Below are positions 1 to 5,962 of a stretch of 59,737 bases of DNA, in pieces. The notes beneath the pieces were generated by a model, which made no database searches, was not told the DNA's origin, and was given only the letters and a program-made list of their open reading frames with translations. This stretch comes from a virus. Taxonomy: Duplodnaviria; Caudoviricetes. Positions within the stretch are counted from its first letter, which is position 1. Every line of letters starts with the position of its first letter. The stretch spans positions 1-59,737 of the IMG/VR virus record IMGVR_UViG_3300034147_000035; one strand, written 5' to 3'. A program made the position numbers and the translations under genes.

Positions 1-116
1 CGTCTTGTCGCTAAAGGGCAGCAGGACATGAGCTATCCGTGGCTCGTTGCAGTTACGCTCTTTGATCATGCGCAAGCGACCGACGAGCAGGTTCTAGTTT
101 ATAGAGGAGAAGTAGG

Positions 117-314
117 ATGAAGACTCGCATCACACTCTTTGATGAGACAGAAGGAAGACGCTCAGTGCTGGATATCACTGAGTTCTCGGATCATCTCTCG
201 GACATGAGGAAGACTCGTAATCACATCATGCGATATCTGGGTCAGCAGGTATCTGCGATGCTCCGTGACGGCCGGGAGGTGGAGGCATTTATTGTGGAGC
301 GCGAGCTAAAGTAG
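117..314 (+). CDS. Hypothetical early protein (65 aa)
   Basis: AGAGGAG RBS upstream of ATG. Confidence 0.6.
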   Translation: MKTRITLFDETEGRRSVLDITEFSDHLSDMRKTRNHIMRYLGQQVSAMLRDGREVEAFIVERELK

Positions 315-315
315 C

Positions 316-344
316 TTGTGTGCGGATTGGTTTGACCGTAAGCT
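316..344 (+). promoter_or_regulatory. Sigma70-type early promoter
   Basis: TTGTGT-N17-TAAGCT preceded by GAGCTAAAGTAGC. Confidence 0.5.
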
Positions 345-375
345 GGTTATACCAAGCAGCAAAGGACTCCACACT

Positions 376-828
376 ATGCAGTTAGTTTATATTGATGATC
401 TACCAGTCGCGCTGGCCCAATATATGGATCCAGACGCCGAGCTCGGTACGGATGGCAAGTACCAAGGCGTGTTCGGCGAGGAAATTGAGGTGTACATAAG
501 GTTGCTCACCGAGGAGCTCGCCAAGGTACCCCAAGTCACGCAAGTGTTGTTTTGGGATGATCAGGAGGGCGGGGATCCGGAGCTCAACTTGTACCCCGAT
601 CTGTACGAAAAGCGGGAGCTCGTGCCCACGCCGGGGCGCGACAAGGGCGTGTTTATGGGCACAGATCAGTGCGAGGGCGCTACCTTTAACGCCAAGGGCG
701 ACTCGTACTACGGGGCTACGTTCTATCAGCGTAAGTGGCATCCAGTCGGCCAATTCGTCATCTCGTTGTGGTTTGGTGGCAGTCCACTCAACAGCGCGGG
801 CGGGTTCTCCGTAATACCGGTCGCGTAG
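376..828 (+). CDS. Hypothetical early protein (150 aa)
   Basis: ATG 376 follows shared leader AGCAGCAAAGGA; start moved from ORF-track 316. Confidence 0.7.
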   Translation: MQLVYIDDLPVALAQYMDPDAELGTDGKYQGVFGEEIEVYIRLLTEELAKVPQVTQVLFWDDQEGGDPELNLYPDLYEKRELVPTPGRDKGVFMGTDQCEGATFNAKGDSYYGATFYQRKWHPVGQFVISLWFGGSPLNSAGGFSVIPVA

Positions 829-856
829 GGATTTGTCCGGCCGGAGCAAATAACGC

Positions 857-885
857 TTGCGGCCGGACAATTACCCGGCTAGAAC
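857..885 (+). promoter_or_regulatory. Sigma70-type early promoter
   Basis: TTGCGG-N17-TAGAAC (GCTAGAAC) with upstream GAGCAA. Confidence 0.6.
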
Positions 886-917
886 ATAAGGGCAACAACA
901 AGCAAGGAGATTACCAC

Positions 918-1175
918 ATGCCTCGTCCTATCGATATGCTCTGCCCACCCGATTGGAACCTTGAGTCCAAGGGTGCCACCACCACCGTCACGCGCCGCAG
1001 CGTGTTCACCCGGGAGCTCAACACCATGGAGATCCCCACCACCTACGAGCGGATTGAGGCTTGGCTGCACGGCGGCACGGTCATTCAAAACGCCCTGCCC
1101 GAGCTGAATGTGGACCAGCGCGAGTTCCTCATGTCGGGTGCCACGCCCGAAGAGTGGGAGGCGATGTTCGGATGA
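918..1175 (+). CDS. Hypothetical phage protein (85 aa)
   Basis: AAGGAG RBS; C-terminal IQNALPEL..DQREFLMSG.TPEEW pattern typical of small phage proteins. Confidence 0.75.
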   Translation: MPRPIDMLCPPDWNLESKGATTTVTRRSVFTRELNTMEIPTTYERIEAWLHGGTVIQNALPELNVDQREFLMSGATPEEWEAMFG

Positions 1176-1354
1176 TGGACTTCTGGAAGCTGGTGTGGGC
1201 CATTGTCGTGGCCCATTTCATCACTGCACTGATCTCAGTCGTGTTGTGGTTCTTTCTCTTCCAGATTGTCTTTGCTGACCACGAGACTGACTATGAAAGA
1301 AGGGTTCGGGAACTTCGGGAAATGGGAAGGTCTTCCCAGTTATACGGTCAGTAG
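1172..1354 (+). CDS. Small membrane protein (60 aa)
   Basis: ATGA overlap with previous stop; GGGAGG RBS; one hydrophobic segment. Confidence 0.65.
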   Translation: MMDFWKLVWAIVVAHFITALISVVLWFFLFQIVFADHETDYERRVRELREMGRSSQLYGQ

Positions 1355-1370
1355 CTGGAGCAATCTACCC

Positions 1371-1399
1371 TTGCAGCGCGACAGGTGCGACTGTACGCT
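1371..1399 (+). promoter_or_regulatory. Sigma70-type early promoter inside a 14-bp inverted repeat
   Basis: TTGCAG-N17-TACGCT with upstream GAGCAA. Confidence 0.6.
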
Positions 1400-1428
1400 G
1401 CAAGGGTAGCAAGCAAAGGAAATCTACC

Positions 1429-1758
1429 ATGCGTAATCTTAAGTGGCAGCCTCGTATGGATCGTGTCTACGCAAAGGGCCATCTGCGCCCTCGCCGCAAG
1501 GGTGAGCGCAAGCATCCCTACGAGCAGTTCCCCGACTTCCCCAATCAAAAGGGTAAAACGGGCGAGTTTGAGCTCAAGCCCAACAATATCGTCCGGGTCA
1601 AGTTTTTGGGCATGTTCCGTGGCTATTCGTCATGGGGCCAGCCTGTCTGGTATCGTGCCTTCCAGGTCATGCTGGTAGGTGGCAAGATCGTTGCGGGGTA
1701 CAGCAACAACGGGGACGGGTATGTACTCTGCCTCAATACGCAGTACGTCGCAGCATAG
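1429..1758 (+). CDS. Hypothetical early protein (109 aa, basic)
   Basis: Shared leader AAGGGTAGCAAGCAAAGGA. Confidence 0.7.
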   Translation: MRNLKWQPRMDRVYAKGHLRPRRKGERKHPYEQFPDFPNQKGKTGEFELKPNNIVRVKFLGMFRGYSSWGQPVWYRAFQVMLVGGKIVAGYSNNGDGYVLCLNTQYVAA

Positions 1759-1876
1759 GAAAGTCCCCGGCTGGGTGTGAGGTAGACACACTCGGCTGTG
1801 GGCCATTCGGGGGAGGTGTTCGTGGTAGTCCGCCTCCCCCGGATGTCTTTCATAATTTTCGCCAGAGGAGTTTAGA

Positions 1877-2086
1877 ATGGCAGAGATCCACGAATCAACC
1901 AAGGCTCTTATGGAACAGGGCTTTTGGCAGATGCGAGCATATCAGGCTCAGGGGGACAATGAGAAGGCTGTAAAGATAGAGACAGTCTTGCTCAAAGTCT
2001 TCAAGGATACGATCGACGATAATGCTCGGCTCATGGATATTCTTAAGGATACCGAGCAAAAACTGCTTGCGCTGCGAGAACAATAG
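1877..2086 (+). CDS. Hypothetical coiled-coil protein (69 aa)
   Basis: GAGGAG RBS. Confidence 0.7.
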   Translation: MAEIHESTKALMEQGFWQMRAYQAQGDNEKAVKIETVLLKVFKDTIDDNARLMDILKDTEQKLLALREQ

Positions 2087-2095
2087 GGGTATTCT
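2067..2095 (+). promoter_or_regulatory. Sigma70-type early promoter
   Basis: TTGCGC-N17-TATTCT with upstream GAGCAA. Confidence 0.6.
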
Positions 2096-2122
2096 TAAAG
2101 GGTAGCAGCAAAGGAGACTACC

Positions 2123-2461
2123 ATGCACCTCGTAGATCGGCCGGAAGTCGGTGAATCCAATGGCCTCGTCAATGGTCCGGCGTACCACGCGGATTATTCG
2201 TTCGCTCGCACTGTCGATTGGACCGAGCAGCATCTTCGCATCACGCGCTTGCGTCTGTTGAGCGATCGTGGGTTCCCAGCGTGGGATGTCTCGTACTGTC
2301 ACGGTGTCCTGTGCCATACGGGCGAGCTCGTTCGTGTTAGCCTTCCGTTCTCGCAGCTTCCAAAGCGTGGATTCAAGCGCGCCATTGTGGAGCACGCCAA
2401 GCGCGACGGTTTGTACGCTCACGGGCTGGGGGTGCTCAGTAACATAAGCACTCTGTGCTGA
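2123..2461 (+). CDS. Hypothetical early protein (112 aa)
   Basis: Shared leader with AAGGAG RBS. Confidence 0.75.
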   Translation: MHLVDRPEVGESNGLVNGPAYHADYSFARTVDWTEQHLRITRLRLLSDRGFPAWDVSYCHGVLCHTGELVRVSLPFSQLPKRGFKRAIVEHAKRDGLYAHGLGVLSNISTLC

Positions 2462-2472
2462 GCAATCCACTA

Positions 2473-2501
2473 TTGCGCGTAGACTCTGGCGACTGCATAC
2501 T
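2473..2501 (+). promoter_or_regulatory. Sigma70-type early promoter
   Basis: TTGCGC-N17-CATACT with upstream GAGCAATCCACTA. Confidence 0.65.
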
Positions 2502-2531
2502 GTAAGGGTAGGCAGCAAAAGGATTACCACA

Positions 2532-2720
2532 ATGGTCGGCCAAACCGTCTCGTTCTTTGAGTACACCCGCAACGGTCTCACGCTCCTGCGGGGCGTAGTC
2601 CAAAGCGAATTCCGCGAGCCTCCGTGCGAAGATCCGTACGAGCGGCTCAACTATGTTGTCCGTACCCCTACCGGGGAGGTCTTCACTCCGTACGCCGCCG
2701 ATTGTCGTCCGGTCAAGTAA
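2532..2720 (+). CDS. Hypothetical early protein (62 aa)
   Basis: Shared leader AAGGATTACCACAATG. Confidence 0.7.
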   Translation: MVGQTVSFFEYTRNGLTLLRGVVQSEFREPPCEDPYERLNYVVRTPTGEVFTPYAADCRPVK

Positions 2721-2731
2721 GGATTACCACA

Positions 2732-2908
2732 ATGTTCCATGGTGCAAAGATCATCCGCCCTACCGAATCCGGTACCTACCTGTACAAGGATAAGGACCAT
2801 CAGCAGGAGTGTATCCGTCGCGTGGCCCGTCAGGAGCCCGAGACCAAGATTATTGCGTTCTCGTCTCCGGTCGCTCCGGCCGGTGCAGTCAAGTGCTTCA
2901 TCGCATAG
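2732..2908 (+). CDS. Hypothetical early protein (58 aa)
   Basis: Same AAGGATTACCACAATG leader; start moved from 2624. Confidence 0.65.
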   Translation: MFHGAKIIRPTESGTYLYKDKDHQQECIRRVARQEPETKIIAFSSPVAPAGAVKCFIA

Positions 2909-2947
2909 GGAGTAATCCATTCCATCCATCCGTGGAGCAATCCACTA

Positions 2948-2976
2948 TTGCCAAGTGATTCAGGCGACCCTATACT
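2948..2976 (+). promoter_or_regulatory. Sigma70-type early promoter
   Basis: TTGCCA-N17-TATACT with upstream GAGCAATCCACTA. Confidence 0.7.
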
Positions 2977-3006
2977 GTAAGGGTAGCAAGCAAAAAGGAT
3001 TACCAC

Positions 3007-3207
3007 ATGCGCTCTGTTCTCATTAACCTGTCTGTGTTCTTTGGTGCCGTAGCCCTCGCTCTCGGGTGGGCTGGGCTGATCTGTCTTAACAGTGGCGAAC
3101 CGGACTTCACCGAGCAGTTTTGGTTCTTTGGGCTAGTGGCCCTGCTCGCGTCCCATGCGTTCGTCATTGGTTACGCGGTTATCTACAAGGAGGATTCACA
3201 TGCGTAA
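3007..3207 (+). CDS. Small two-TM membrane protein (66 aa)
   Basis: Shared leader; two hydrophobic segments. Confidence 0.7.
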   Translation: MRSVLINLSVFFGAVALALGWAGLICLNSGEPDFTEQFWFFGLVALLASHAFVIGYAVIYKEDSHA

Positions 3208-3457
3208 TGGTCTTGCCGCTTTTTCTATCGTTGCCGCCGCTGCTCTCTCGTTCGGGCTAGGGAGTGAGTATGGTATAGACCTTACGCCTGTGGGACAGGA
3301 GCGCAGCCTAGACGTCACAAAGATGCACGTCATAGGACAGGGCTGTGGTGAGACCCCAGAGCAGAAGAAGCGCATCTATGTCGCTCTGGAGGAGGATGAT
3401 CTCCCAGGACCTCTGTGCGATATCGTGTTCGAGCTCGCAGAAAGGGACTATAAATAG
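3200..3457 (+). CDS. Hypothetical exported or membrane-anchored protein (85 aa)
   Basis: AAGGAGG RBS; N-terminal hydrophobic segment. Confidence 0.7.
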   Translation: MRNGLAAFSIVAAAALSFGLGSEYGIDLTPVGQERSLDVTKMHVIGQGCGETPEQKKRIYVALEEDDLPGPLCDIVFELAERDYK

Positions 3458-3458
3458 C

Positions 3459-3487
3459 TTGCGCCGCGATTAGCATGGTAGTATCTT
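3459..3487 (+). promoter_or_regulatory. Sigma70-type early promoter
   Basis: TTGCGC-N17-TATCTT. Confidence 0.6.
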
Positions 3488-3513
3488 AAGAATGTAGCAA
3501 GCAGGAGACTACC

Positions 3514-3759
3514 ATGCTTATTTGGAAGGAAGAGTTGCAGAGTCATATGGAGTTTAGGCTCCTCTCGTATTCTGCCGAGGCGAGCGAACTGGGCATTCGT
3601 CCTGGGGAGCAGTGGCCTATGGAGGTGCAGGTGCCGGGTCTCGGGAACGGTCATAAGTTTATTGCCCGACGGGACATTGTTACGCCTTCCGGCGATTTTG
3701 GCGGTCGTGTGTTCACGCAGAGCCTCGGTTGCTTGACTCTTACCATATTTAACGACTAA
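3514..3759 (+). CDS. Hypothetical early protein (81 aa)
   Basis: Shared leader AGCAAGCAGGAGACTACCATG. Confidence 0.7.
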   Translation: MLIWKEELQSHMEFRLLSYSAEASELGIRPGEQWPMEVQVPGLGNGHKFIARRDIVTPSGDFGGRVFTQSLGCLTLTIFND

Positions 3760-3849
3760 ATGGTCGCTTGACCGGCTCGTCTCGCCAGATGACTTGATGC
3801 GATCGTGTAGCTCTAGATCTGCGCTCTTCTCTCTCAAGACGAGCCGACT

Positions 3850-3896
3850 ACGGACGTAAACGCCAAGATTTGAGCAGCGACCACGGACGTAAACGC
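3850..3896. repeat. Direct repeat ACGGACGTAAACGC x2, 33-bp period
   Basis: Copies at 3850-3863 and 3883-3896. Confidence 0.85.
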
Positions 3897-4146
3897 AGAG
3901 TAGAGCTGGTGGCTTTTGCGGACTCGGCCCACCGCAAACGAGTGTACTACCTGCCTAACACACCGCCAACCCGCCAACCGCCGCTGTGTTACTTAGCTAA
4001 GGCACCACCAGGGGCACGCGCCAACCCGCCCGCGCCGCCAAAATTGCCGCCCGCCAACCCGCCACGGCAACCGCCAGGGGTTAGCGCCAATTTTGCCGCC
4101 CTATATATACGCCGCAATTTATTTTGCGCCTAACCGCATTATTTTG

Positions 4147-4175
4147 TTGCAATGGCAAAAACCCGCGCCTAATAA
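4147..4175 (+). promoter_or_regulatory. Sigma70-type promoter of island genes
   Basis: TTGCAA-N17-TAATAA with A/T tracts upstream. Confidence 0.65.
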
Positions 4176-4231
4176 GGTGCCACGGCAACGGCACTACCGC
4201 CAACCGCCGCAACACAAGGGTTTGTTTATTT

Positions 4232-4744
4232 ATGGCTACCACCAAAAAAACCGCCGCCGCCACCGCCGCCAAGGTTGCTAACATTGCCCGCGCCGCTAGC
4301 GCCATTAACCGCCACGGCCTAACCGCCGCCGCCCGCCTTAGCGCCGCTACTGGCGTTAGCGCCGCCAGCGCCAACCGCTACGCCAAGGGCGCGGTTAACG
4401 TACCCGCCACGGTTAACGCCCTTAGCGCCACGTTTGCCGCTACCACGTTTAGCCTAACCGCCTTGGGCAAGGCGGCGGTTAGCGCCAACGGTTGCATAGG
4501 CAACAAGGGTCAGCCTACTGTTATGGGCTTAACCGCTTGCGGCCTTGCTAATGCGGGCGGCACCGCCACGGGCGCACAAGTGGCCGCCGCTATACTTGGC
4601 AACCCTGCCCTAGTTACCGCCATGCTAGGCACAAAGGCGGGCGGGCACCATGTTATTGCCACCGCCGCCCTAGCCGCCCGTTGGGTACAAGGGTACGTTA
4701 ACGGGCTTTGCCGCCCGCAACATGGGCTAGCAACCCGCGCCTAA
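4232..4744 (+). CDS. Ala-rich basic protein with no Asp/Glu (170 aa), possibly DNA-binding
   Basis: Promoter upstream, AAGGG RBS, TAA stop, hairpin downstream. Confidence 0.7.
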   Translation: MATTKKTAAATAAKVANIARAASAINRHGLTAAARLSAATGVSAASANRYAKGAVNVPATVNALSATFAATTFSLTALGKAAVSANGCIGNKGQPTVMGLTACGLANAGGTATGAQVAAAILGNPALVTAMLGTKAGGHHVIATAALAARWVQGYVNGLCRPQHGLATRA

Positions 4745-4749
4745 CGGCA

Positions 4750-4776
4750 AGGGGCTAGGCTAACCGCCTAGCCCCT
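4750..4776 (+). terminator. GC-rich hairpin after island ORF1
   Basis: AGGGGCTAGGC-taacc-GCCTAGCCCCT; no U-tract. Confidence 0.45.
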
Positions 4777-4810
4777 ACTACCCGCCACTGTATTATAAAG
4801 GTAACACACC

Positions 4811-5044
4811 ATGTACGCGCCTACCACCTGCCAACCCGCCGCCATGCCGCGCCGCGCCGCCTACCTAACCGCCGCCCTTTACCACTATGCGCCCGCGCCC
4901 TATGCGCCGCGCCGCTATGGCAAGGCGGTTAGCATGGCCGCGCAACTGGCAAACTATAGCCCCAAATTGCGCGCCGCCTACCTTGCCCGCCAATGGGCGC
5001 GCATTGCCAACGGGCAAAAGCCAAACTGGCCAAAGCGCCCATAG
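4811..5044 (+). CDS. Small basic protein with no Asp/Glu (77 aa)
   Basis: AAAGGT RBS, ATG start, TAG stop, hairpin downstream. Confidence 0.6.
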   Translation: MYAPTTCQPAAMPRRAAYLTAALYHYAPAPYAPRRYGKAVSMAAQLANYSPKLRAAYLARQWARIANGQKPNWPKRP

Positions 5045-5066
5045 CCGCCCGCCAGGGCCAGCCGCC

Positions 5067-5103
5067 AAGCGGGCGCTACCCAAGTACCGGGTAGCGCCCG
5101 CTT
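5067..5103. repeat. Perfect 15-bp inverted repeat (terminator or cruciform)
   Basis: AAGCGGGCGCTACCC-N7-GGGTAGCGCCCGCTT. Confidence 0.8.
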
Positions 5104-5235
5104 TGCGCTGTAGGGTGCCCCTATGGCCGCCTAAATGCCATGCCGCCTATGGTACCGCCCTATAGGGTACCACCCGCCCCCACCCGGCGCCTCAGTGACT
5201 GCAACACAAAATTCTTCGAAAATTCTCAGATTTAC

Positions 5236-5264
5236 TTGTCAATCCTCTCATCTCATGCTACACT
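5236..5264 (+). promoter_or_regulatory. Sigma70-type promoter, probably giving a leaderless mRNA
   Basis: TTGTCA-N17-TACACT, 6 nt before ATG 5271; no SD. Confidence 0.65.
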
Positions 5265-5270
5265 CACCCC

Positions 5271-5858
5271 ATGCGAATCCTCATATCTTGTGAGTTCTCC
5301 GGCATAGTACGCGACGCCTTCATCCGCCGCTCTGAGACGAACAACCTTAACCACGAAATAATCTCCTGCGACCTCCTACCCTCAGAATCCTCATTCGGCC
5401 CACATCTCCAGACCGACGTCCTAGGACTACTCGACAACGGCTGGGACCTCATGATCGCCTTCCCACCATGCACCTACCTCGCGAGATCAGGTATCCACCG
5501 AAACCGTGACTTCCCATCCCGAGAGCAAAAGACCAGAGACGCAGCCACCTTCTTTAAGCGACTCTGGAACGCCCCCATCCCGAGAATCTGTATAGAGAAC
5601 CCACCGGGAGTCATTCACAAGCTCACAGGAGTCCCGGTGCATCAAACAGTGCATCCTTGGCAGTTCGGCGACCCAATCTCTAAAACTGTCTGCCTACGGC
5701 TCAAAGGCCTCAAGCCGCTACGTCACCGCAAGTATGTCCCGCCTCCCTACACTTCCGCCAATGATCATCCAGCTAGCTATGATCGAGCACAGAACCGCAG
5801 TCGCTTCTTCCCCGGCATCGCAGCGGCTATGGCCGAGCAATGGGGCTCGTACGACTAA
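5271..5858 (+). CDS. Phage-type DNA (cytosine-5) methyltransferase
   Basis: N-terminal ISCEFSG, SCDLLP, catalytic FPPC, ENP, WQFG and C-terminal RS.FFPGIA.AMAEQW motifs. Confidence 0.8.
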   Translation: MRILISCEFSGIVRDAFIRRSETNNLNHEIISCDLLPSESSFGPHLQTDVLGLLDNGWDLMIAFPPCTYLARSGIHRNRDFPSREQKTRDAATFFKRLWNAPIPRICIENPPGVIHKLTGVPVHQTVHPWQFGDPISKTVCLRLKGLKPLRHRKYVPPPYTSANDHPASYDRAQNRSRFFPGIAAAMAEQWGSYD

Positions 5859-5865
5859 ACGCCAC

Positions 5866-5894
5866 TTGCCTCATGAGCTAGTTCCTGCTACACT
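5866..5894 (+). promoter_or_regulatory. Sigma70-type promoter for portal operon
   Basis: TTGCCT-N17-TACACT. Confidence 0.6.
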
Positions 5895-5962
5895 CAGTTT
5901 ACGATGAGGACCACGGCTGAATCGTCCCATGACGATTCACGCCCGAAGAAGGACACCCTCTC

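Larger units (their letters stand above)
3941..5192. other. TC/GA-dinucleotide-free island (1252 bp)
   Basis: Manual scan found no GA and one TC (4510-4511); flanks are rich in both. Confidence 0.95.

Noticed and set aside
1895-2650. 251-aa minus-strand ORF and other long antisense ORFs (for example 8150..9034, 9673..10266, 46417..47010)
   Set aside because: They shadow + strand genes that have RBSs or recognisable motifs, and they lack motifs of their own
303-3516. Early-region repeats as a CRISPR array or integron attC sites
   Set aside because: The repeats are degenerate promoter/RBS units separated by whole ORFs; no cas or integrase gene was seen
3870-4374. ORFs 3870..4133, 4093..4281 and 4081..4374(-)
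   Set aside because: No RBS; they arise from C-rich repeats and reduced stop frequency (TGA cannot occur in the island)
3941-5192. Island explained by low complexity or Ala-rich coding
   Set aside because: The constraint also holds in promoter, RBS, hairpin and intergenic DNA, while CT, AG, TG, CA, GT and AC all occur
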